Source: an uncultured Cytophagales bacterium
Lineage (GTDB): Bacteria > Bacteroidota > Bacteroidia > Cytophagales > Cyclobacteriaceae
Length of the DNA stretch: 64,000 nt
NCBI GenBank assembly: GCA_963848175.1
Contig: CAWKCO010000001.1
Coordinates: 28,676-92,675, forward strand
Direction of reading: 5' to 3'
A program made the translations under genes and the position numbers. This document shows, in pieces, positions 32,524 through 41,257 of the stretch. Position 1 is the stretch's first letter. Each line of letters opens with the position of its first letter. A model generated the notes under the pieces. It worked only from the letters and a program-made list of their open reading frames with translations. It made no database searches and had not been told where the DNA came from.

Positions 32524-32560
32524 TAAAAAAACAAAATCCCCCGAACCAGTCAGGGGATTT
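32524..32560 (-). terminator. Intrinsic terminator of the ECF operon
   Basis: Minus strand AAATCCCCTGA-CTGGT-TCGGGGGATTT followed by TGTTTTTTT. Confidence 0.7.
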
Positions 32561-32623
32561 GATTGAAATAAATGTATTGGACTCTACGCCAAAACAGTTT
32601 TCTTAAATCTCTTTAAAACGATC

Positions 32624-33733
32624 TTAAAGCGTGATACCAAAGCTGATGGCATTGAGGCCGCTGCTGCCAGCTGGGCCTCTGCCTGTAGCAAACACGTCAT
32701 TGAAATCGTACGCCGCGAAGATATCTAAGCCTTTGAAGCCAAACTGCGCTCGAAGACCGTAGCGGATATTTTCTAAATAAAAGCTGTCAGATACTTTCTT
32801 TCTTTCGGTATCGCCATCATCTTCATATTTGTATTTTGAATTTCCGCCCAGTCGATAGCCAACGTACGGTCCCACACCAAAGCGAATACCCTGTTTTTTG
32901 TAAGTTCTAAATGTTAGGCTGCCTTTCTCGCGGTTGTCCACTTTTCTTTTGCCTTTGGCAAAGTCAAACATGGGAACGAACGTCGCATTCACAAATGGCA
33001 CGGACAGCCGGCTTTTTATAGAGTTAAATTCTACATCGGCAGATGTCAGCTCGATGTTCGTGGCTCCTTTTTCTATGATATAGTCAGGATCTTGTAAGTT
33101 GAAGTTGTACCAGCTCACCCCAAATCCCCAGTCAAAAAACAATGGCCCTGCGATCCACGTGCTAAAGGTGCTGTTCACACCAATGTACCAACTTCCCAGT
33201 GGCTTCAATCTGTAGGGAGAGTTATTGGCATCAGGAAAGCTACTTCCTTCCATCCAGTTGTTCATCCCAATATCAATCCTGAAATCATTTTTGGTGCGAT
33301 CTTCCGCTGGCTCTTCGTAGCTAAAGCGTTTCATTTTATGGTCTCCTTCCAAAGACTCCTCTATGACGTCATCTAGATCATCCCATTCGTCAGCATCTAC
33401 GAGTAGCTCCATATTGCCAATTTTTATTCTTGTCTTGGCTTTGTTGTCTCCAAATACGATGGTGGTATCCTTGAGATATTTCTTTCCAGATTCATCTGTA
33501 AGCTCAATTTTTTCAATCTTTTTGGAGCCAAGCGCCTCGTTCAGCTCTTTGATCATCTGATTGATATCATATTTCTCCATGGACTTAAGCTCCATCCTGT
33601 CCGAGGTATAAATCACGATTTTGCTTTTGTTGGTAAGCTCGATGATTACCGTATCGGCACTTGCCGCTTCAGTGGTATATGCGCCTGCCAAGGTCAAGAT
33701 TCCGGCCAGTATTGCAGTTATTGTCTTTCTCAT
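32624..33733 (-). CDS. Outer-membrane beta-barrel protein (porin-family-like)
   Basis: Signal peptide, amphipathic strands (FRFGVGPYVGYRLG-type, RYGLRAQFGF), terminal ISFGITL. Confidence 0.7.
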   Translation of the reverse strand: MRKTITAILAGILTLAGAYTTEAASADTVIIELTNKSKIVIYTSDRMELKSMEKYDINQMIKELNEALGSKKIEKIELTDESGKKYLKDTTIVFGDNKAKTRIKIGNMELLVDADEWDDLDDVIEESLEGDHKMKRFSYEEPAEDRTKNDFRIDIGMNNWMEGSSFPDANNSPYRLKPLGSWYIGVNSTFSTWIAGPLFFDWGFGVSWYNFNLQDPDYIIEKGATNIELTSADVEFNSIKSRLSVPFVNATFVPMFDFAKGKRKVDNREKGSLTFRTYKKQGIRFGVGPYVGYRLGGNSKYKYEDDGDTERKKVSDSFYLENIRYGLRAQFGFKGLDIFAAYDFNDVFATGRGPAGSSGLNAISFGITL

Positions 33734-33779
33734 TGTCGTTGTATTTTGAGTGAGTATTTTTTTACCCTTTCGGGAATAT

Positions 33780-34421
33780 TCAATTTCTATTTAACAAGTT
33801 GTTTTTAGCATCTCTGATGTCGGCCAGCACGTCTGCTGGCGAAATCTTCTGTGCTGCTGTGAGCATTTTGTTTAATCTGTTTTTCTCTTCACCTTCGGGA
33901 GTTTCCGCAGCTATGTAAGTAATTTTTACTGGTTTGGGTTCTTCTGTTTTTTCCAAAATTGCTTCAGTCTCTATATCCAGCTTTGCTACTTCTATAGCTA
34001 TTTTCATCTCAGGTTCTAGCTCCGCCAATTTTGGCATTTCTACCACTTCGGTCACAGGTTGCTGCGTTTTTTCTATTGGTGCAGTGGCTACAAGCTTTTG
34101 CCTCGGCTTTGCCTTTTTCTGAGTTTGAACCACCTCCGGTCGTGATATTTTTGGCCAAGCAATAGCCTGTGTTTTTGGGTGGTCTATCTGTCCCGCGATA
34201 TTTTCTCCTCGGTTGCTGATACTGCCCTTTGGAGTAAAAAGGAATAGACCAAATGCGATGGCAATCATTGCCGCCGTGGCGGTTATGCCTATCCAAGCCC
34301 AAGGGGTCTTTTTTGATGGCAGACTTTGCTGCACCTTGCCCCAACTTTCGGGCATTGGGGGCACTTCGAGCTCGTTTATCCGCTCTTTAAAAAAGGCGTC
34401 TAGTTTATTTGACTGTGCCAT
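33780..34421 (-). CDS. Putative anti-sigma factor (single TM)
   Basis: LDAFFKE...VPP...W.KVQQSL followed by a TM helix; overlaps the ECF sigma gene. Confidence 0.6.
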   Translation of the reverse strand: MAQSNKLDAFFKERINELEVPPMPESWGKVQQSLPSKKTPWAWIGITATAAMIAIAFGLFLFTPKGSISNRGENIAGQIDHPKTQAIAWPKISRPEVVQTQKKAKPRQKLVATAPIEKTQQPVTEVVEMPKLAELEPEMKIAIEVAKLDIETEAILEKTEEPKPVKITYIAAETPEGEEKNRLNKMLTAAQKISPADVLADIRDAKNNLLNRN

Positions 34422-34992
34422 GTTCTACTTTTTTTTTAAGTTCCAAATCCTGAGCAGCGTTCAGCTTCTGCTGTAGGAGCTTGCGCGCCCTGCTCAGTTG
34501 CGATTTTGACGTGTTTTCGTTGATCTCTAACATCGCGGCTATTTCCTTATGGCTATACCCTTCTATGGCATAGAGATTGAAAACCGTGCGATAGCCAACA
34601 GGTAGCGTGGCGATCATTGCCAGCAAATCCTGTGTCTCAAGCGTGCTATCCAGCATGGCAAAATCCAGTGTGGGTGACTCATCTGACAACTCTACCTCTA
34701 GCGACATCATCCGCGACTTGCGGATGTACATCAGGCATTCGTTTATCATAATTCTTCTTATCCAGCCTTCTAAGCTGCCTTCGCCCTGGTACTGACCAAG
34801 TTTTTCAAATACCTTGACCATCCCGCCGATCATCACATGCTCTGCCTCTGTGCGATCATGGATATATCGGATGCAAACCCCCAGCATTTTGGATGCAAAC
34901 AAACCGTAGAGTTCACGCTGCGCCTGAGCTTTGCCTTTGCGGCAGTCTCGTAGCAGAGATTCTTCAGATATGGTTCGGTTGATTCGTAGCAT
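34405..34992 (-). CDS. ECF RNA polymerase sigma-70 factor
   Basis: AQRELY, GSLEGWIRRI, LPVGYRTVFNLYAIEGYSHKEIA, TSKSQLSRARK. Confidence 0.95.
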   Translation of the reverse strand: MLRINRTISEESLLRDCRKGKAQAQRELYGLFASKMLGVCIRYIHDRTEAEHVMIGGMVKVFEKLGQYQGEGSLEGWIRRIMINECLMYIRKSRMMSLEVELSDESPTLDFAMLDSTLETQDLLAMIATLPVGYRTVFNLYAIEGYSHKEIAAMLEINENTSKSQLSRARKLLQQKLNAAQDLELKKKVEHGTVK

Positions 34993-35015
34993 TTACCAAT
35001 GGACTTACGGATAGA

Positions 35016-35042
35016 AGATGCAGAAGGTGGGGGCGAGGTTGC
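35016..35042 (-). promoter_or_regulatory. Candidate autoregulatory ECF promoter
   Basis: GCAACC-N15-GCATCT, 23 nt upstream of the sigma start; resembles AAC...CGTC/CATC ECF promoters. Confidence 0.4.
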
Positions 35043-35261
35043 ACGGGACTGGAATTATTTATCAAAGATTTTAATTGGTGGAACGAGAAGTAAAAATAAC
35101 CATTGGCTAGGCCATCCAAAAATGTGGCGTGTGAGAGCTACCGTCTTTGCTGGATTCTGACTATTTTGGGTGGGAATTTGATGAGGAGGCTTACGCTTTA
35201 GCCAAGTGCCAACGTTTATTTTCGGCTAACTCGTTGATATTTAAATATTTAATCACAAAAT

Positions 35262-35307
35262 GCCATAACCTAAATATACGCCATGTGTATGTTGGGTTGT
35301 TATGCAC
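35262..35307 (+). other. Candidate first recombination site (attI-like or short attC-like) of the cassette array
   Basis: GCCATAAC...GTTATGCAC. The GTTATGCAC (35299-35307) is the exact reverse complement of GTGCATAAC at 37097-37105. Confidence 0.5.
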
Positions 35308-35400
35308 AAAATAGAAATGATTAAGGCTGTCCCTTTAATCTTGTAAAGCATCTACCTCAACAATCAAATACAAGTCACGAACTAAGACAATTTCTTTATG

Positions 35401-35440
35401 ACTACATTAATAGTTGTATAATTATAAATATAGTTGTACT
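35401..35440 (+). promoter_or_regulatory. Candidate tandem BlaI operators
   Basis: Two 20-nt units, ACTACATTAATAGTTGTATA and ATTATAAATATAGTTGTACT, containing an ACTA-N6-TAGT dyad, directly before the repressor gene. Confidence 0.5.
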
Positions 35441-35448
35441 ATTGTGAT

Positions 35449-35832
35449 GTGAAAGAGTTAACAAAAGCAGAAGAACAAGTAATGCGCATATTATGGAGGC
35501 TTGAAAAAGCCTTCTTAAAGGATGTGGTCGAAGGATTCCCTGAACCGAAACCAGCTTATACTACTGTGTCGACAGTGGTCAGAGTTTTAGTTAAAAAAGA
35601 ATTTATCGGCCATACAACTTATGGTAAAGTGAATGAATACTATCCGTTGGTATCGAAACATTCATATTTCGGTGAGCGTATCGGAGGGGTTATTACAAAT
35701 TTCTTTGACGGCTCTACCAAAAAGTTTGCTTCTTTTTTTACGGAAAATCAGGATTTGAGTATTGCTGAGCTTGAACAAGTGAAGAAAATCTTTGAAGATA
35801 AAATTGATAAACTAAAGAATAATGATGAGTGA
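35449..35832 (+). CDS. BlaI/MecI/CopY family transcriptional repressor
   Basis: LTKAEEQVMRILW, PAYTTVSTVVRVL, YYPLVS, FFDGS. Start moved to GTG at 35449. Confidence 0.93.
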   Translation: MKELTKAEEQVMRILWRLEKAFLKDVVEGFPEPKPAYTTVSTVVRVLVKKEFIGHTTYGKVNEYYPLVSKHSYFGERIGGVITNFFDGSTKKFASFFTENQDLSIAELEQVKKIFEDKIDKLKNNDE

Positions 35833-37093
35833 TCTGATAGTTTATTTGCTAAAAGTCAGTGCGATATTTTCAATATTGACGCTAGTCTATTTTATTTTTT
35901 TTAGACGTTTAACCTTTCACAAGCTTAATAGGGCTGTTTTATTACTAAGCATACCTATTTCATTAGTCCTACCAATTTTGAACATTGGTTATTATTCACC
36001 TGTTGCATATGATTTGAGTGAGATTGAATGGATTAGTACTTCTGAGTCAGAAATAATTGTAAACTCTGCCTCAGTATCTAGTAATCAGGATCTGGACATT
36101 AGTCTAGTTATTGAAATCGCCTATTGGATAGGTTTTGCAGTCGTAGTTATGTTGCTTGTTTCTAATGCAATTAAACTTTTTCACAAAATAAAAGCGTCTC
36201 GCAAGGTCAACTCATTAGGCTTTTCGATAATTCGTACTGAAGTACCAGGTGTTTTCTCCTGTTTCAAATGGGTTTTCATACCAAAACAAATAGAATATAA
36301 GTATGATGACCCCATTATTAAACATGAGCTTGCGCACCTTCGCTTGTTTCATTCTTACGATTTGATTATCACAGAGTTATTTATAGCTTTTATCTGGTTC
36401 AATCCTTTTGTTTTTCTCTTTCGCAAGCTGTTGCGATCTGTTCATGAGTTTCAAGCAGATGATTATGTATTGTCAGACTCCATTAAAAAGTCAGATTACT
36501 TAAACATTATGTTAGATAGCCTGATGAGTACGAATCACTTCAGTCTCGCAAGTAATTTTAAAAGTTTAACAATCAAAAATAGAATTGAAATGATAACCAA
36601 AAATAAAAATAAAAAAGCAGCCATCATGAGATACGCCCTATTAGGTCCTATGATCGCCTTAATATTGATGTCCTTCTCGGTTACGGAAGGGAGTAAACCA
36701 TCAATCAAGCCAATAGAAGAAGGAAAGTATAAACGAATTTCTTCTGGATTTGGAAAGAGGATGCATCCCATTCTTAAAGTGGAAAAAATGCATCTCGGAA
36801 TCGACTTTTCTACAGAGATTGGCACACCTATTCGAGCTACGGGAGATGGCATAATATCACTTATTAAAACCGATAAAAAGGCGCATGGCAAACAGGTTCA
36901 GATTGATCATGGCTCAGGCATTGTCAGCGCATATTGTAACCTTAATGAATTTGCCGTCAAAGAAGGGCAAAAGGTTAAAAAGGGAGAAGTCATTGCTTAC
37001 TCTGGGAATACAGGGGCAAGCACAGCACCACATCTCCACTATGAAGTCTTGCTCAATGGCAAAAATGTAGATCCAATGAATTATTTCAACTAA
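35822..37093 (+). CDS. BlaR1-like M56 peptidase fused to an M23 peptidase domain
   Basis: IIKHELAH, WFNPF, HEFQADD, KNRIEMI (M56); HLGIDF, GNTGASTAPHLHYEV, VDP (M23; SAYCNL replaces the usual YAHL). Confidence 0.9.
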   Translation: MMSDLIVYLLKVSAIFSILTLVYFIFFRRLTFHKLNRAVLLLSIPISLVLPILNIGYYSPVAYDLSEIEWISTSESEIIVNSASVSSNQDLDISLVIEIAYWIGFAVVVMLLVSNAIKLFHKIKASRKVNSLGFSIIRTEVPGVFSCFKWVFIPKQIEYKYDDPIIKHELAHLRLFHSYDLIITELFIAFIWFNPFVFLFRKLLRSVHEFQADDYVLSDSIKKSDYLNIMLDSLMSTNHFSLASNFKSLTIKNRIEMITKNKNKKAAIMRYALLGPMIALILMSFSVTEGSKPSIKPIEEGKYKRISSGFGKRMHPILKVEKMHLGIDFSTEIGTPIRATGDGIISLIKTDKKAHGKQVQIDHGSGIVSAYCNLNEFAVKEGQKVKKGEVIAYSGNTGASTAPHLHYEVLLNGKNVDPMNYFN

Positions 37094-37098
37094 GAAGT

Positions 37099-37214
37099 GC
37101 ATAACATTAGATAAATATGAATGCGCCTGCTTTTTTCATTGAAAGCCAGAAGTCAAATCAAGCTTTTGAGTCTTTAAAGAATGTGGGCGCACTCATTTTA
37201 TCAGGACGTTATGC
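37099..37214 (+). other. attC-like recombination site (116 bp)
   Basis: GCATAAC...GTTATGC outer arms. Inner arms GATAAA(T)ATGAATGCGCCTGC and GTGGGCGCACTCATTTTATC pair with one extrahelical base. Starts 5 nt after a stop codon and ends 14 nt before the next ATG. Confidence 0.75.
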
Positions 37215-37228
37215 TTCACTTCTTAAAA

Positions 37229-38122
37229 ATGACTGAAGAACAATTCGATAAAATACTTGCTAAGATCCCCTCTGATAAGATTTATGATGATCTACTAAGT
37301 CCAGGTTTCAAAAGGGCTGGTGAAGTTCTAGCTACAGTTTTTGATTTGGGAAACCTTGTTCTTTTGCCTTTCAAGCTGGTCAATGAACGATCAAAAATCA
37401 CATTTCGAAGAAATTTGGAGATCTATGAAAAGAAGCTTCAGCAGATTGATGAAAAAGACCTTTGCGAAGTTCCTCAACAAATTGGGCTTCCTATTATTGA
37501 TAAATTAACAATCGTAAATCAGGAAGAATTATCCCATGCGTTTACGAATCTGCTGGTAAAGGCATCTTCTCATAAAACAATAAATATTGTTCACCCTGCT
37601 TTTTTAAATACGCTTAATGATATTTCACAAGATGAAGCAATATTGTTAATGGCATTAAGTGATAACCTCATGCATCCATTTATCGATGTTAATGTTCTTA
37701 AAACGCAATTTCCGCCAAATCCTCCAGAAAAATATGGCGAACCTGGAGCGAAAACTAAAGAACAGCTAAAGAAGATAATGAACTACTAAGATGGTATTCA
37801 AAAAACGTCTAATCCCTTTCATGTGAACCTAACTGGTTTAGAAAGTGAGGTAAAAGTATATTTTCCAGAAAACATCAACCTTTACCTTGAAAACCTAAAA
37901 AGACTTGGGGTGATTGAATTTGAACGAACAAAATACTTGACTGATCAGACTGACCGATATACCGAACTTGAAAATAAAATTTATCAAGAGAAAATTGATG
38001 AGGTTAGACAAGAAATACTTCCTTTAAACACAGAAACATTTAAATACGAGATTGAGATACGACACTGTTTTTTTAGGTTTACAGAGTTCGGGCAATCATT
38101 TATCGAAGCTGTGATCAAATAA
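37229..38122 (+). pseudogene. DUF4393/Abi-alpha-like protein with an in-frame TAA at 37787-37789
   Basis: IYDDLLSPG, IGLPIIDKL, FTNLL..AS, HPAF...L..ISQDEA, YLENLKRLG, TEFGQSF. The two track ORFs are in one frame, joined by 11 sense codons after the TAA. Confidence 0.7.
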
Positions 38123-38125
38123 CAA

Positions 38126-38135
38126 GAAGCACAAC
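38126..38135 (+). other. Left arm of a degenerate attC-like site closing the second cassette
   Basis: GAAGCACAAC, 3 nt after the stop, is 9/10 complementary to GTTATGCTTC (37208-37217) at the start of the same cassette. No clean right arm found. Confidence 0.5.
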
Positions 38136-38440
38136 AAACACTTTTATGAATAATCTTGTTCGGGGTACTTGAGTTGAATTTAGTAAAATCAAGCAATAAA
38201 TTTCTTTTGGGCACCTTTTCTTGAGAAGCCTAGTACCGAAGGAAACGAAATTTGAATTGTCTACCCAAATGGCCACCTGCATTTCATCAGGGATGGTTAA
38301 TCAGTAATAAAGAGTTGTGGCTATGGGAAAATGCTACACGCCTAAAAAGTGGCGAAAAATGACTTTCGATTAGGGTAATAGCCTCGTGGCAATGGAACTC
38401 GAGTTTGACCGAAAGAATACTCGGTTTTTCTAAAAAACCA

Positions 38441-41254
38441 CTAGCCCAAAGCATCTACCACCTTCTCCGCCTGCTCTCGCACCCGCGCGTTGGGGCTTTT
38501 GGTAAATGGAGTGACCATGGTGGCGTATTCCTTGTTTTTCAGTTCTTGAATCAGTCGGAAAACCACAATTTTCAGTTTTGCATCTCGGCCTTCCAGAAGC
38601 ATAGCCAAACACTTTTGTTCGTCCGGTATTTTCACCTTGAGGTTGATTAGCGTCTTGTTGGTGATGTCTTCAAAAATGGCACTTTCAGCTATGGGTACAA
38701 GGGTGCGCTTCAGTGTAGGTTCCAACAAATTGTCTAGAAATTCCACAGAGTTGATGCGCACATGCTCATTGCTACTTCTGATACCCTGATATACTGACAT
38801 TACTTCTTCTGGAGGATAGCGCAAGCCAATCAATCGGAAGATGCGCTCAAGCGTGCCATCCAATCGGCGCTCAAGCAGTTGAATAAGCTCTGTGCGAGCC
38901 TTTTTCAATGGGCTTTCTTCTTCCGCAGGCAAGAGCGAATTTTGCTGATAAAGAATACCGAGCGTGTTTTTGTAAAGCTCTGCTTCATCTATGATATAAC
39001 CGATGATGTCTTCTTTTTTTATTTTGAGATGAGGAAAGTCTCGCTGCATGGTATTTAGCGAACGCAGTGCTTCTAGGCGGAGCATCACATCAGGAGTTTC
39101 TAGAAAACTGAGGAGTGTTTTGACCGAAGCTTGCGCATCGAGCAGTTCCAGCACTCCGGGCAGTTGGTTGATGATTTCCGCCTTTATGGCTAGATTTTTG
39201 GCCATGGCTTGCAGTGGTGTCGTGATGCCTACACCATAATTAAGCAAAGCTTCTTGAGCCGTCTTTCTTGTTTCTTTTTCTACCAAGAAAGAAGCGATTT
39301 TCTCCACAAAATAGTCGCTCATGGTGTAGCCCGCTGCGAGAATGGCCTCTTTTACGATCGCTGGATTTTCGTCAATCAGGTATTTTTCTATTTCACTATA
39401 AAGTGAATCAATATTGGCGTGTCCAATAGCACGCAAAATCATGGCTTTGTATTGGTATTGCTCTTGAGGGTTGTTTGTCAAGAGTAGGTAGTCCATTTTT
39501 TCGCGAATGCGTAACTCCACTTGCAGCAGCTTTTTCATTTCTGCGTTGTTTCGAGCTTCTTCGGCCAAACCTACCAATGCAGCACCACTGATCATCGGGT
39601 CTACATCGGTCAAATATCTGTTGATGGTGATGATTCGCTGTTCCTTGGTTTGTTTCAAAAGTTGGGCAAAGGCCTTGTAGCGAACTTCTTGGTCAGGGTC
39701 TTTGAGTAGCACTTGGATCGTTTCAGGATCGACGGTTTTTTCCAAGTAATAAATGCATTGCAAAGCCGCCATGCGCACTCGTGGAGAATCATGAGTTAAG
39801 AATTTCACTACATTATCAAACAGACGCTTATCAGGAATTTGTCGCACTTTGTCTAGCACATATAGCACTTGACTTTCAGTGCCCGCATCCAAAGCTTTCT
39901 TAAGCCCACTGAGCACCGAGATGTTATTAAAATCCATCAGCTCCTTGGTAGAATGCTTGTCTGCCTGTGTTAGTTTGGATTTGAATGTTTTGATGTATTC
40001 ACGTCTCACTTTTACGGCTATCCACATCCACAGTCCCAAAATCAAAAGACTGAGCACGCTGACCGATCGTACAGATAGTTCTAAGCCATTGACCAAAAAG
40101 ATAAGCAGCAAACCAGCGATACCCGTAGCAGCCAAGTCCACAAACACGTCTATAAAGCTCTTTGTCTGGCTTTTGATATTGGCAGGAATAGGTAAGGCCA
40201 AGAGTTCTGTGGCTGATTTGTTTACCGATTGTTTCACGGACACTTCCCACAGTTTCACGAAAATACCCGCCCAGAGCGCTGGTGAAAAGAGTAGTAGCAA
40301 AGAGCCAATGGTGATGCCTCCGGGGAGCGCAAAGAGCGAGGTGCCTACGCCAAACGTACCCACTATTCTTTTGGTAAGAAATAATTGAATGACCAGCGAA
40401 ACCACATTGAAGGTGGAAAACCAAAACCCAAAAAATGCGGTGAGGTCATCAGGGTCAGAGAAGTTGATTGATGCAACGCTGCTAAATTGAAATTCTACCA
40501 GTTTTGAAACTACCACGCTCAATCCAATGACTAGAGCCAAGTAAGTAAGGTGTCTTGATTTGCGGATCAGCCACAGTGGGTGATCTCCAAAATCCGTCAA
40601 TCGTTTCTTTTGTTGAAAGGTGTTGAGCTGTTTGATGTGCTTTGTCCAAATGATTTTATTGAGTGGCAAGCATATACACAAAAGTGCCGCTGCGACATAG
40701 AGCAGGTTGATTCCTTGCACGAAAATGGCCGCTACGGAAGTAAAATATCCTCCTGCCACACCACCAGCAATGGGTCCAGCTCCGATAAAACTAAAAAGTC
40801 TTTTGGCTTCCCGTGCATCAAAGGCGAGGTTGGCCATGATCCAAAATTGTGAGGTTGTTAGCACGCCAAAGATGGCTACCCCGATGTACAATATGTAAAT
40901 GATAAATTTTGGCGCGAGCTTCAGGTGAAGCAATGTTGCTAAAATCACCAAAGAGACAATAGAAACGATAAGCGTACCCGCCGTGACATTGCGCAGCGAT
41001 TTGCTGTTGAGAATACGCGAATAGAACGTACTCACCCCCATGGCGCAAACGGCCACCAATAGAAATACGGAAGGGAGTTTAGAAATACCAATGGTGGAAA
41101 GAAACTGGGCGTTTACCACCGGCTTGATGATCAAAAGGGTGAATATGATAACGAAAATATTGAGCTGCATGAGCAGCACCCGTTCATATTCACCCTCTCG
41201 GATATCAAATGTTTTAAGAAGAAAAGCTTTTAATAATACTTTTAGTTGATCCAA
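38441..41254 (-). CDS. Npt1/TLC-like MFS transporter fused to HEAT repeats
   Basis: About 12 TMs with SQFWIMAN..FDAREAKRLF..IGAG and KSFIDVFVD, followed by HEAT repeats (LLKDPDQEVR, SPNARVRE). Confidence 0.85.
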   Translation of the reverse strand: MDQLKVLLKAFLLKTFDIREGEYERVLLMQLNIFVIIFTLLIIKPVVNAQFLSTIGISKLPSVFLLVAVCAMGVSTFYSRILNSKSLRNVTAGTLIVSIVSLVILATLLHLKLAPKFIIYILYIGVAIFGVLTTSQFWIMANLAFDAREAKRLFSFIGAGPIAGGVAGGYFTSVAAIFVQGINLLYVAAALLCICLPLNKIIWTKHIKQLNTFQQKKRLTDFGDHPLWLIRKSRHLTYLALVIGLSVVVSKLVEFQFSSVASINFSDPDDLTAFFGFWFSTFNVVSLVIQLFLTKRIVGTFGVGTSLFALPGGITIGSLLLLFSPALWAGIFVKLWEVSVKQSVNKSATELLALPIPANIKSQTKSFIDVFVDLAATGIAGLLLIFLVNGLELSVRSVSVLSLLILGLWMWIAVKVRREYIKTFKSKLTQADKHSTKELMDFNNISVLSGLKKALDAGTESQVLYVLDKVRQIPDKRLFDNVVKFLTHDSPRVRMAALQCIYYLEKTVDPETIQVLLKDPDQEVRYKAFAQLLKQTKEQRIITINRYLTDVDPMISGAALVGLAEEARNNAEMKKLLQVELRIREKMDYLLLTNNPQEQYQYKAMILRAIGHANIDSLYSEIEKYLIDENPAIVKEAILAAGYTMSDYFVEKIASFLVEKETRKTAQEALLNYGVGITTPLQAMAKNLAIKAEIINQLPGVLELLDAQASVKTLLSFLETPDVMLRLEALRSLNTMQRDFPHLKIKKEDIIGYIIDEAELYKNTLGILYQQNSLLPAEEESPLKKARTELIQLLERRLDGTLERIFRLIGLRYPPEEVMSVYQGIRSSNEHVRINSVEFLDNLLEPTLKRTLVPIAESAIFEDITNKTLINLKVKIPDEQKCLAMLLEGRDAKLKIVVFRLIQELKNKEYATMVTPFTKSPNARVREQAEKVVDALG

Positions 41255-41257
41255 TTG

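Noticed and set aside
38136-38321. Complete third attC-like site ending at GTTGTGGC (38314)
   Set aside because: The span is ~190 bp with only a CTTTTAT/ATAAAAG match and the wrong spacer length; only the left arm is reported.
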